In this document: one piece after another, positions 49,740-61,745 of the stretch | How positions within the stretch are numbered: position 1 is the first letter of the stretch | Layout: every line of letters begins with the position of its first letter | NCBI RefSeq assembly: GCF_006345805.1 | Contig: NC_043004.1 | Span: 21,514,001-21,578,000, forward strand | Length of the DNA: 64,000 bases | Direction of reading: 5' to 3' | Source of the DNA: Octopus sinensis | Taxonomy: Eukaryota | Position numbers and translations under genes: made by a program | The notes under the pieces: generated by a model | The model's input: the letters and a program-made list of their open reading frames with translations, nothing else | Database searches by the model: none | Told to the model about the DNA's origin: nothing

Positions 49740-49910
49740 CACTTTATTTAAAAGCAGTTTTGTTAAAACTGTCCGACGAACGGGAATATAAAACTCAGAG
49801 TAACAGCTTTTTTTAAACTTCTGCTGCTTTTAAATAAAGCATATTACACTACTTCTGGTATTTGAGTACTCTTATTTCCACCTTGTTTCACATTTATGTG
49901 TTTACTCCGG
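49740..49910 (+). mobile_element. (TA)n-flanked short element with 16-bp inverted repeat and decayed hammerhead
   Basis: CTTTATTTAAAAGCAG (49742-49757) and CTGCTTTTAAATAAAG (49824-49839) enclose CTGT-CCGACGA-ACG(GGAA)TAT-AAAA-CTCAGAG-TA-ACAG (49769-49806). Confidence 0.65.
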
Positions 49911-49955
49911 TATATATATATATATATATACATACATGCATACACACATACATAC

Positions 49956-50025
<70 letters not shown>

Positions 50026-50508
50026 ATATCGTCGTCTCCAGCTGGCTTTAGACACCATTTCAGTGCCCTTGAAGTATTTGCAAAGGGAGGCCATCCCTCT
50101 CTCGCAAGCCTGAGTGATACGCTCGGACTAGTTTCGGGAATTTTGTCCCTTGTCAACGAGCGGTAACTACCAGGTCGCGATGAATTTATCTTTATTATGA
50201 TAGAATTGGGATATTACAGGACAAAACAATTACCAAAATGCTATGCGAGTTGGAATGAAATTATAAAAATTACAAAAATAAAATTTTATGTAACTTGAAC
50301 GAAAACTTGGCTTACTTTGCCTTGAAACGAAACCTTGGCTTACTTTTGCCTTTATCACGAGAACTTTTAGTACGTATGTTTTCTTTTTTTTTATTATTTC
50401 TTTATTTTAAACAGTTATGTACAGTGAAAGGGAATGGGAGGTACCAGTTTCAATTTTGAATCCGGCAGCCTATAAATCCCAGCAGCTGACTTTTCCTTTC
50501 CTCGATGA

Positions 50509-53500
50509 TTAAGCTGGGTTACTCTCACCCACCTTTCTCATCACATCCTTCCAACGTTCCATATACTCTTTCTGTGGCAGGCTCCTCTTCTCCAACCCCA
50601 TCTTGCTCTTCAGATGATATCCGAAGTATTTTAACAAACCGGGGCCAGAGATAAAGGACCCTTTCACTAGACCTTCCAATCTAGTTCTCCATACACACTC
50701 TTTCAATACTTCCACCGTACAGTAAAAACAAGCCTTACCTTCCTTTGAGAGTCCAGTTGGCGGTATCATCTTAATCATAGATCCAGCCGACAGCTGTACT
50801 CGTCCCAGATGCGACAACACGTGTTCCACGTAACTTATCAAGCCTGACAGCTCCCGACATTGTACAAAAGCGTGTTGAACGGTTTCATCGTCCAACCCAC
50901 ATCTTGGACACGTCGGTGGCACTGACATTCCGTGCCTGGATAACTTCTCGCGAACAGGTAATGCATTCCTATAGCACTGCCAGGTCAGGGATTGTTGGTA
51001 ATTATCCAAATACCCCGGCCTGAAAGTCTTCTTAAACAGGTTGGAGAGTTGATCCTCATCGAACCCCAGAGCCCTTCCTAGGACGTCGTCATTTTTTCCT
51101 CCTACCAGCCCTTTTAGAACACCGAGGTGGTATTCCCGCTGCCGGCCTTACCCATCTTGTGGATCAGCCAGAGTGCCTGTCGGCACTCCTTCTGCCATGA
51201 AGTCAGGTTACGTCCTTTAATGAGACCGGGTGTAAATCCCTCCATAGAGGCCGGTCGCGGGAAGAATTCCTCTGCCAGCGAACTCCACACCTTATCATCC
51301 TCCAGGTAACACCAGAGGTGTCTCAGCCTCAACGCATGCTTGCGCATCATTAGCCAAGGCATCCCCAGTCCACCCTTTAGCGGTTCCTGGCAACACACGG
51401 AGCGTCTCACAAGTGGCTTTCCTCCTTTCCACAAAAAGCGGAAAAGAAGTCGTTCCAACTTGTTTAACCACGAATCGGGGCAAGGCACGACGGTCAGGCG
51501 GTAGGTGACGACAGAGGCTATAAACATCTGTGCCACCTCCGCCCTCCCTTTCAAGGAAAGATGCCTTCCGGACCACTTCCGTACTATGGCATCCACCTTG
51601 CTCGTTACCTCGCTCCAATTCTTCTCCGTCTGGGAGTCTGGACCAAACCATACTCCGAGCAATTTAACAGGACCATCCGTCCAGTGTCCAACAACACTGG
51701 ACGGTATCGGCTTGTTCCTCCAGGTGCCGAGGCGCAAACGATGGACTTGTCCCTGTTAACTTTTGCCCCTGCCACCGCTTCGTATCTATGGAGAGCACCT
51801 ACTACCCGAGGTAGCTGTGTTCCGTTGGACACGATGAGGGTGACGTCATCCGCATAGGCAGAAACAGACTTACCGCATCCGATTTCATTAGGGTTGCCTC
51901 CCAACTTTTCCAGCTCCGCGCAGCAATGGCTCAAGAGCCAAAACATACAGGAGCGGGGACAAGGGGCACCCTTGTCGAACTGAACGCTTGATCGAAAACG
52001 GCTCCGTTAGGTAACCGTTTATCTGGACTGTGGACTTGATGCCGCTGTACATAGCTGAGATCCACCCGCAGAAGCCAGGGCCCAGCCCAGCCGCTTCGAG
52101 AACCGCCGCCAAGTACCGATGGTCCACCCTATCAAACGCTTTACTTTGGTCTAAATGGACCAATGCCCCTCCTTTGCCGTCTAATTTCCCGACCCTATCT
52201 ATAGTGTAGCGGAGAAGGTGAAGATTATCCTGGATCGACCTGCCTGGGATTGCACATGTCTGTGCCTTCCCGACAAGTTTCTTCACGACAGCCGTCAACC
52301 TTTTTGCTAACACCTTGGCCAAAATCTTAAACTCTACATTAAGTAGAGTTATGGGCCTGTAATTACTAATACTGTCCCCCTTGCTCGGGTCTTTCTGGAC
52401 CAGCGTCACAACTCCCCGACTCACAGAGCTGGGAATCCTCCCATTCTGTTGCCAGTTTGCATAGACGCTTGCCAGTATGTCCCCGAACAAGTCCGGCATA
52501 CAACAATAAAATTCATAGGGTAGACCATCCAATCCCGGTGACTTTTCCCCGGCGCACTCGGCCATAGCCCCTCTTACCTCTGCGGGCGAGATCGATCCTT
52601 CACAGCACTCCGCCTCACCTGCCGAGAGCCGAGGCCCACCAGCTAGGAAGTCCTTTAAGGTCTCCCCACGCTCGAGCGGGCCACCGCCCCCAAACAGCCG
52701 TGCGAAATGCTGGTGAAGGACCTTCTGCGTCTCCTCCTGTCCATAGATCTTGCGGTCCTGCTCGTCAGTTAAGGACATAATACAGGACTTTTTGCCCTTC
52801 TGACTCTCCTCACGACGGGCCCATCCGGCAACGTTAATACCTTCTCGTTTTCCTGCACGTAACTTAGCTCTGACTCTACACCCCTCGTGCTTGGCGTTGA
52901 GGTGACGGTACAATACCGCTCTCGCTGCCAACACTCCGGATGCACAGCCAGATTCCATAGCCTCGTCTAAGTTCTTAACTAATTCGCCCTCTATTCTAGT
53001 CCTATCTAAACTTAGCTGCTTGCTAAATCTAATGGACTCCAAACGAATGGCTCTTTTGAGGGCGAGCCACCATCTATTATTAATGATGGTGCCACATAAT
53101 GCCCTCTGTACTAATTCCTTAATCCGGGTACGGAAAGCTTCACAGGTCAAAATAGACTTGTTCATCTTCCAGTACCCGGGACCTTGTCTATGGAATTTAT
53201 CTACATGTACCTCACACGTTACAAGTTTGTGATCCGTGTAAGGCACAACAGAGAATTGTGGACAGCTAACACTATTCCTATCTCGTTCCTTAACAAATAC
53301 TCTATCTATGTACGATCTGAGTGAGCCGTCGTTATTACTCCACGTCCACTGTGGAACGTTCGGCTCATCCAGTCGAAAACGGTCTACTAGATTAAAGCTC
53401 GCTAGTAGAGCCTTGAGGCCAGGATTCCCCTTCCTATCGCTCGAGCCTACACCATCCACCCGCGCATCGAGAATGGTGTTGAAATCCCCTACCAAGACTA

Positions 53501-53897
53501 CCGTTTTGGACGTCACTAGAAAGTGCTCCAGTTCCCGATAAAAACCGGTCTGCCCACGTCCGTTAGGAGCGTAGACAGCCACCAACCTGAAGGACTGCTT
53601 ACTCACGTGCGTCACATCTAGGACAACCAGCCTACCTTCTGGGTCCAAAAAGACAGTACTTACCTGTAAGTCCAAGTTCTTCCTGAAAAGAACTGCCACG
53701 CCTGCACCTCCCCCTCGGCTAGGAGAAATAAATTTCTCGTAACCATTGAGAAGTGGTGAGAACGCTTGGGGTCCCTTCATCTTGGACTCGGTAACAATAG
53801 CTACTTCGATTCTATGTGAAATGAGGTCGTCACGAAAACAAGCCTGTTTCCATTTCGATCCCATTCCACGCACATTTATACAACCTAACTTAATCAT
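50509..53897 (-). pseudogene. LINE ORF2 (APE endonuclease, reverse transcriptase, zinc knuckle), disrupted
   Basis: CINVRG, VLVGDFN, YIDRVF, TDHK, KSPGLDG, YRPITLLN, LDQSKAFDRV, RQGCPLSP, AYADD, CPRC..ETVQHAFVQC. Frameshifts near 51920 and 51745; in-frame TAA at 51114. Confidence 0.95.
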
Positions 53898-53920
53898 CGA
53901 GAAAAAAGAAAATTATTTAC

Positions 53921-55266
53921 TCACGGTTGCGAGAGGGAGCCTGACAGATTCTTTCTGCCTGTCTCCCCCCCACTCGCCGTTGCTGTTGGGTGTTTCACCG
54001 GCGTTGCCACCGGGCTCTGGGTTGGTGGTGTGGCTGCCGGGCTAACGGGTAATTTCCCAGTTGTCACCTCCTGGGTGACATCCTTAATGAAGCCGGCTTT
54101 TACGTGGCTTTGTAAGGTTTTGTCTTTCCATCCTTCTTCGCCGACCCTTCCATATCGCCACTCCGCTTCCTTCTCGGTCGCTTTGTAGCACCTGATCAGC
54201 GTACTTGCTTTCACCCATGTTTCTACTCTCACGTTCTTTGTGGTGTATGCAATAATTTTTTCGTTGGGTTTAAACCCTTTCACAGTTGGGGGTGGGTGGG
54301 GTTTGTTAAAGTGCTGGCCTATAAGTGTAGTACCGCCGGGGTGGGATTGGAGAATATTTTTAATTTGTTCGTCTGCGTTGTTTTTTTTTTTTGATACGGG
54401 TGGGGAGTCAGGGGTGATGGATTTTTTCCTTTTGTTGGACACGTTCGTAAATTCCATGTCTTCTTGTTTATTTGTTTTTGTTGCATTATTTCCTCATCCT
54501 TTCCTTTCTCATTTTGCATTTCGTTCTTGTCTTCCTCCTTTTTGGAGTTCGACCTGTTTATTTTTCCTCCTTGTTTTCGCCAGCCGTTACTTTTTTCTCC
54601 ACTTTGCTGCTTTCTGCGTTCTTCACAGCGTTTTGTGTGGGGGGGGGCGTTGCCCGCATTATTTTTTTTTGTGCAAACGGAGCGAACGTGGCCCTTTTGC
54701 CCGCACTTAAAACATCTGGGCCTGCGTCCTTCCACCGAAACTCGTATGGAGTGCCCTCCCCCACGAAGACTCTGTCTGGTAGGCTTTCCAACGTCGCATT
54801 TTCCGCCTGGATTATCATCTCCAGCTGCTGGCCTCTCCAGTGTTTTGCAATTTCTCTTCATACTTAAAATTGTCAATTTTGATTCAACATCAAAAATGAC
54901 CGCTGTTGCCGCCCACATCACGTCGTAGCCCGTTGGTATATCTTCTAGGGTCACTTTTGCGGTTCTGCATCCTAAATATAAGGGTAGCAGTATTATACTC
55001 TCGTTTTTCAACGTTTGTGTCGATATTTGCCTTGCTACTTCCGCCGTTTCAAAATGCGCCTCCACTGTAGCGCTTCTTGCACCTCGGTTGACATGACTAA
55101 CTTTACTCCATATTGGAGCCATACACTTTTCGACCATTTCGTTTTTCACGTCGGTCATTCGTTTTTCCTTGATATTGTACACCCTGTAGGTGACCATTTT
55201 TTCCTTTATTGCTTGTATAGTTTCGGGGGGCGGTACCAATCGTGTTTCTTCGCCACTTTTTTGCAC
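53921..55266 (-). pseudogene. LINE ORF1 (gag-like with CCHC), frameshifted at an A-run
   Basis: CFKCGQKGHVRSVC; split across ORFs 54319-55266 and 53921-54457; true start uncertain. Confidence 0.88.
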
Positions 55267-55700
55267 CAGCGATCTAAACTTGAATAATCTTTCATTGATA
55301 CCTCCATTTCTTCGACTTCGCCACCTACGGCGTCTGAAAAAACTGGGTTTTGTCTGTGTTTCCTTTTGTTTAAACAGTTCTTATACTTTCTCCCATCTCG
55401 GGAAAGTCTTTTTTTGAACTTAAGTCTAATTCCATATTAGACAACACAAACTTGTCACAAATGACAAGAGAATTTTTTTTTTTCCAAAAATAACCTATAC
55501 AGGTAAGAGTTCACACAAAACAGCACACAGAAATTTTCTACCCCGAAGGGCGAAAATTACTGGGTCAAAAACAGTTCAACAATGATATTACTTGTAACAC
55601 GACAGAGTAGACAAACGGAAACGAACTCACACAACGATTTGCAGCAACAGAAAAATATTGGTATACGCCGAGGAAAAATTAAAAAAACACCAGGTCACGA

Positions 55701-55731
55701 TGAAAGAGAAGGCTGCTTTGCAAATATATAA
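55701..55731 (-). promoter_or_regulatory. Putative TATA box and initiator at the LINE 5' junction
   Basis: TTATATATTT (55722-55731) lies about 29-30 nt upstream of the A in TTCATC (55701). Confidence 0.4.
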
Positions 55732-56729
55732 GAGTTTTTCTAGTGACGTCTGCCACTGATTTCGAAAAACTGACTGTAAGCATTATTAAATCTCAGAATG
55801 AGATGTAAACAGTAATCGCTCGATAATGTAAAGTATAGAAGCCATCTTAATATGGCTAACCACATAGGGGAGCTACAGTAACACCCCCTCCCCGTCGTCG
55901 GACGGTTGTGATGAAGACTGAATTAAAATTGTTATGGTACATGTAGTGTAGTGCGATGTAATTCCAATACACAAATAAGCATTTAAATTTGATTGAGTGG
56001 TTGATCGCATCAGAGATGTTTAGTTTTTTAAAATTAATTTGTGAATGCAGTGATGGCTAAAATCATTGAATATACCCGATAATAATTTTTAGTATAAAAA
56101 AAAGCCTGCTGGCACGTCAGACATTTCGTAACAGAACTAACATAAAATGTGCCTAACATTCATATTAGTCAATCTGATTTAGTTATAGGACCAATAGCAG
56201 TAGATTTAAATGCAATTTTGAAGTAGTTAATAAAATATAGTGTATTTGGTTGCTGTTGAAGGTTAATAAACTAGAAAATGCATCATCTAGTCATTCCTCC
56301 CTTACTGTCCACGGTGAAGTTCTTCACTATACACATGACAGACTCTAGTACTTTGTATCTAGTAAATCCAGTTCATTTCCTATCGCAATGATGGCTTAAA
56401 TCACTGGGTTATATCCCGTAGTAAACTTAAGTATTTTACTTTTATATTCAGTTTCTTCTACATAATGTGTTCAGTGGTAAGAAAGTTATTTTCTGTACAT
56501 ACAAGTGTTGGTGCTTCGGTTAATATGTTAGATTGGAAAGAAAGTCCTGTCGCATTTCTGATACGATCAATTTGAAGGTACTTTTTGAATACTTATGATA
56601 GAATAAGCATTTTAATGTTTATTTTTCTTACCTTGAAGATTAATTTATACCATAGTAACCAAATTCTGATCGATTTTTACTCTTTTTAAAATGATTTTAA
56701 GTCGAGTCCATATCAGACATTATAAAGGA

Positions 56730-56870
56730 ATATTGCTCTCACTATATAATGGTAAGCTCACCCATTGCCAAAGTTACTCAGGAAATGATTATGGCATTAG
56801 ATATGGAAGTTTTGCGTAATCTTACTTATTCTCCTGACCTTTCTCCATCTGGCTATCATCTTTTCAGATG
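56730..56870 (+). mobile_element. Mariner transposase C-terminal fragment
   Basis: MEVLRNLTYSPDLSPSGYHLFR. Confidence 0.85.
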
Positions 56871-56899
56871 ACAGTCAACCGGAGTAAGATCAGCATTGC

Positions 56900-59830
56900 T
56901 GCATTATATAGGGGTAAAAGAGATTATTAATTGCGAGTTAAATTCAAAGAAGCATTGGTTTCCTTTCTGTCTTGAAATGTGACAGGACTTTCTTTCCAAC
57001 GTAATATTTGTCGGAATCTCTTTTTATAATTTCGGTTTATAGTTTTTACGTTTTGAATTTCTGAAATGCTTGTATTTCTATATTTCTCCCATTTCCTCCA
57101 TAGGCATATTGCTGTTGTCTTTTTCAAATGATTGAAATAAAAATACTTTAAATTTGTTTGTCCTTATGTAATAATATATGATCAAACTTCCGTAATCTCC
57201 CTGTTTCTGAAGGCTGTCTTATCCCAGAACCGGATACTCTGCTGCTGGAGACATGTGGCGTACATTTGCAGCACCTTAATTTTCGGTGTATATTTCATAA
57301 TACTGACAATTTCTAGTGTATGGTTGTTACAAAGTACTTATATATGTTCCTGTTAGCTGTCTTTTGTCAAGAAGTAGCAAAACCAGAGAAATGTGACTGG
57401 TTTATTCACGTATGCAGTTACGTTAAGAAAAATCATTAATTGGTTATATGTTTTTGATAGTTTTTATTGAGAAACTTCCTTTTAGTAGTTTCTTGAGTCA
57501 AACTCAAAAACTTTTTGATCATAGATTTGAGATATATGTTTCTAAGCATGTGATGAATATTTTATCGACTTTTGCAAATGGTATAGTATGACATTTTATA
57601 ATCCCGCTTTTAGATCAGGTTTTAGTCCGATACTCCAATCTGTTTTATATTTGTTGATCTCTCTGAAAACAGATCATAGCTATTTTTCTTCGTATTTTGC
57701 ATATATTTGTATTGTATACGTTTTATTCTTTAATGGATTTTCGTAGTTATTTTGTACGCTGATTCTAATTACAGGAAGATAGCTACCTGCATATATTTCT
57801 CACATAATTCTTCTTTGTCTGTGAAAGCAGCGAGCTGACAGAGTTGTTAGCACGCCGAGTAAAATGCTTAGCGGTATTTCGTGTGCCGCTCCGTTCTGAG
57901 TTCAAATTCCGCCGAGGTCAACTTTGCCTTTCATCCTTTCAGGGTCGATAGATTAAGTACCAGTTACGCACTGGAGTCAATGTAATCGACTTAATATCTT
58001 TGTCTGTCCTTGTTTGTCCTCTCTGTGTTTAGCCCCTTGTGGGCAATACAGAAATAAGAGTTGTTAGCACGCCGAGTAAAATGCTTAGTGCCATTTCTTC
58101 CGTTTTTACGTTCAAATTCCGCCCAGGTCGATTTTGCCTCTCATTCGTTTGGAGTCAGTAAAATAAGTGTCAGACAAGCCCTGGGATCAATGTAATTGAT
58201 TTACCCACTTCTCGGAAATTGCTGACCTAGTGCCGAAATTTGAAGCCAATATTCCTTCGTTTGTGATTTGGTAGTTCTCATTATTAACTTGAAAACATGT
58301 AAGTATTTAGCTCATTTTTAATTATTGATCTAATCTGTTTTTACCATTTTATCTAAATGTTTGTACATTGTTTCGTTACTTGGATCCAAAATTCGACATG
58401 TCTCTCATGTGTAAACTGGTGATGGTTTAAATTGACAAAAATTAGTCAAGGGTTTATCAGAGAGTCGAATAATAGTCACTTCAGTTTATTTAATATATTA
58501 CTTGGTTTTATTTATTCCTCCTCTTCAAAACTTTTCCAAATCGAATTAAATGCTAATTCTTTATTTGAATTAGTACTCCATATATGTAGTAAGATGGTTG
58601 ATTATCATTCCATTGTTTTTTTGTTTCTCATTATGTTTCGTTACACATCAAGGTTATTGTTATGTGTGTTTATTGAGAGCCTGTTTAATGTATCTGCTTA
58701 TTATTGGCGTTACTTTAACTCGCTGCTAATATCTCCAGAACCTTTAAGTGAAGGACATTTCTCTTCTTTAAACCTTTATACAGATAAGAAGACCAATTAT
58801 TGAACCATGAACAATCAAATTCTTCTTTGTGGAAGATATCCCATTGTCGAATATGAGACTGTTGTGATGATTTGAAGTTTCTTTAGTTTACGATTTTTCT
58901 CTCGGTTGGGTAATCAGTTGTTCTTCTTGTAAGTCATTGATTCTCCTCACAGTTAATTTATATTTAACTTTAGATGTTTATCCACAAGTTTAGCATTTTA
59001 TCATCTCTGGCTAGTTTCCTGCTTTATGTATTTTGTAGTATTTTCGTTAGTTCTCTTTTTGTTTCATATGAGAATTATTTTGCTGGTATGCTTCGAATGG
59101 TTAGCCTCCTTATCTCTCATACACACCTCCTCACAAATCTTTTTACTGCTTTTGTTGATCTCTGTTTCATTCCTATGAAGTTCTTGCTAAAAATCGTTTT
59201 TTTGGTTGGAAACAGGCTGTTTGTTTTTATTCAAAACACTTAACAATTTTTGCACAACCGCGGATTCTTTATGACTATTCAACAAATTCTTCTTGTAGGT
59301 GTTTCTATGATGTATTATGCTTATTAGTTATCTTATTTATTTTTGTTGTATTTAGATCTGTTTTTTTTGTGTGGTTTCATTGTCAATTTCTCTTATATTT
59401 TCTTTCTTTATCTATATATTGGTTAGAATCCGTATGCTGCTTGACTGAGTGTAACTATTACTGTATGAGACAGATTGAGGAGGTCTTCATATTTCTTTAT
59501 GACGCCTCTGGTTACACCATAGATAAATTGATTTATTCTGGTGATATTGATGTTCTTATCTGTTTTCAGCGAGACTACGTTGGCGACGTTTGCATTTTAT
59601 TTGAGCATCGTTGTTGGTATTATATTATTAAATTTTTACTTTGGGATGGTCTGTCATTGCTTCAGAGGAAGATCGATCGATTTTAATTCTTTAACTATTT
59701 TCACCTTTAGATGTTACTCATATTTGAAATGTCTAGCTTTAGAAACATCAAACCTTAGATCTTTCTCATATCCAATAGTGTTTATATTTCAGTGTAGTTC
59801 TGCTTCAGCTTTTATTGTCTAATGTTCTAT
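56900..59830 (-). mobile_element. Highly degraded Penelope-like element
   Basis: Scattered PLE-like remnants (IKKYEDL; STNSNKELAFNSIW resembling YTNI..ELG..AI.FW; WEKY..QAF near the end); strong A-rich sense bias; interrupted by SINEs. Confidence 0.5.
57823..58250 (+). mobile_element. Type B SINE nested in an older type B SINE with a 32-bp duplication
   Basis: AGAGTTGTTAGCACGCCGAGTAAAATGCTTAG identical at 57840-57871 and 58057-58088. Confidence 0.88.
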
Positions 59831-60070
59831 AGGTATGTTGCTTGGACTGTTGTTACATTGTTACTGTGTTCTTTTCTTGTATTAGTTATTTGTCTTGTTT
59901 GTTCTGTCTTTATAAATTGTGACTCCGATATTTATGTCTTTAATATATTAATATGTATCTTTTCCTTGCTTTCATTGTATTGCATCATTTTTTGCATTTT
60001 AATCTTCTACTTTATCTTCTTGTCCGCATTATTATTATTAGTATTATTATTATTGTTGTTGTTATTGATT

Positions 60071-60283
60071 AGGCAGCGAGCTCGCAGGATTTTTAGCACG
60101 CTGGACGAAATGCTTAGCGGTATTTCGCCCGTTGCAACGTCCTGAGTTCAGATTCCGCCGAGGTCAACTTTGTCTTTCATCCTTTCAGGGTCGATAAATT
60201 AAGTACAAGTTGAGTACTGGGGTCTATGCAATCGAATAGTTCCTCCTCACAAGTCTTCAGGCCTTGTGTTTACTATAGAAAGG
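60071..60283 (+). mobile_element. Type B SINE
   Basis: Head and core homology. Confidence 0.88.
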
Positions 60284-60295
60284 ATTATTGTTATT

Positions 60296-60716
60296 GAGTG
60301 AGAAAGCAGCGCATGCCATCGAAGTGACACTGGGGTAAAATATACGAGGACCAGTATACCCATCATGACTACTCGTCTGATAAGGACTCACTAGGCACAT
60401 GCATCACAACCATATGTGTACGACATGGGGATCTCATCAAAATAAACAGCACATGAACTTGCAGGTGGGACCCAGTTAGAATTTTATTCTGGTTGAGTAA
60501 CCCATCCCGCTCAAAAGGTTCCTGAATAAGGGTTGTTTAAGAATGTTGAACGAAACACCCATGTTTCCAGAGGTGAATTATTCATACCCCAAAGAATCCC
60601 TCTCAACATATGGCTATGATGCTCCCCACTACTTCTGCTCGTGATCAGAGATGCACATATCGTCAGTCACTAAGGGACATGCTCAACTGGTTAAGGTCAA
60701 ACAATTGACAAGTAAA
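60296..60716 (-). mobile_element. Family G 3' UTR, 5'-truncated
   Basis: Reverse complement matches 27035-27460. Confidence 0.88.
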
Positions 60717-61079
60717 TGGACGGACCAACACAGACATAAAGAAACACTTGAGAAGCAAACTTCTTACCACCCGGCCACTCGTGCATCTCTCTCTCTCCCT
60801 CTGTATATATATATATATTTATGAATGTTATGTCATGTTCTGTATTAAAAAATAATCAACCAATGTTGGTCAATTTGTTTGTTGATCAACAGTTTTCTTC
60901 ATTTTCTGTTTATTTAAATTTGAACCCTGATAAACTTTTGTTCATTCTGTTGTTACCTGTAGTCTATGAGCATAGTGTGCTTGCATACCCATGTCCAGAG
61001 ATAGCATAGGTAAATGATACCGGTAGTAAGAACGGCTAGTATTATTCCTTAGATGGTTATTGCAACCGCTAACTCTGCT

Positions 61080-61122
<43 letters not shown>

Positions 61123-61125
<3 letters not shown>

Positions 61126-61507
61126 CAGAAGTGGTAAGTAGCTTGCTTACAATCCACATGGTTCTGGGTTCAGTCCCACTGTGTGACACCTTGAACAAGT
61201 GTCTTCTACTACAACCGCGGGCCGACTGATGCCTTGTGAGTGGATTTGGTAGACTGAAACTGAAAGAAGCCCATCGTATATATATACATGTGTGCCTGTG
61301 TGTCTATGTTTGTGTCTGTATTTGTCCCCCCCTTCACTTCACAACCGATGTGGGTTGCTTACGTTCCTGTAACTTAGAGTTTAGCAAAATAAGTACTAGG
61401 CTTACAAAGAATAAGTCATGGGGTCGATTTGTTTGACTAAAGGCGGTGTTCCAGCATGGCCGCAATCAAATAAGAGATACAAATAAGAGAATAAATGAAT
61501 AAAAGAA
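61123..61507 (+). mobile_element. Type A SINE
   Basis: Head and tail homology. Confidence 0.9.
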
Positions 61508-61549
61508 TATATATATATACATACATACATACATACATATATGTGTCCG

Positions 61550-61745
61550 CGTGTGTATTGTTGGCGCTTTTCATTCTCCGTTTTCCCTTCCTTGGAACTT
61601 TCCTTTGTCTATGTTTCTGACGAAGAGCTCTGCACGAAACGTTAAATCCCACTTCTTTCCTCTCCTTTCCTGAGCGTCCAATAACACTATACTTGTTCCA
61701 CGTCCTCGCGTTATTGTGTTTTCATGCTTGGATTAACTATGTTTA
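61550..61745 (+). mobile_element. Short hammerhead-bearing element between TA-type microsatellites
   Basis: Pyrimidine-rich leader, hammerhead, TTTCCTGAGCGTCCAA box. Confidence 0.62.
61612..61647 (+). ncRNA. Minimal type I hammerhead ribozyme
   Basis: TGTTT-CTGACGA-A-GAGC(TCT)GCAC-GAAAC-GTT-AAAT; intact core; one stem II mismatch. Confidence 0.72.

Larger units (their letters stand above)
50185..55688 (-). mobile_element. Near full-length L1-superfamily (Tx1-like) LINE with 16-bp TSD
   Basis: ORF1 with CCHC knuckle; ORF2 with APE, RT and CCHC; 3' end AATAAAGATAAA; direct repeat ACCAGGTC(G/A)CGATGAA at 50169-50184 and 55689-55704. Confidence 0.95.

Noticed and set aside
50029-50184. LINE target as U2 snRNA (Keno-like) or a C/D snoRNA
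   Set aside because: Only ATCGC matches the U2 start; the box C/D candidates lack consensus and terminal stems.
53020-55417. Plus-strand ORFs overlapping the LINE
   Set aside because: Antisense shadows of ORF1 and ORF2.
58432-60145. Hydrophobic, membrane-protein-like plus-strand ORFs
   Set aside because: T-rich antisense strand of an A-rich retroelement relic plus (TTA)n repeats.
60850-61080. Possible PLE endonuclease C-terminal scrap on the minus strand
   Set aside because: Only a weak EQKFI-like match; insufficient support.
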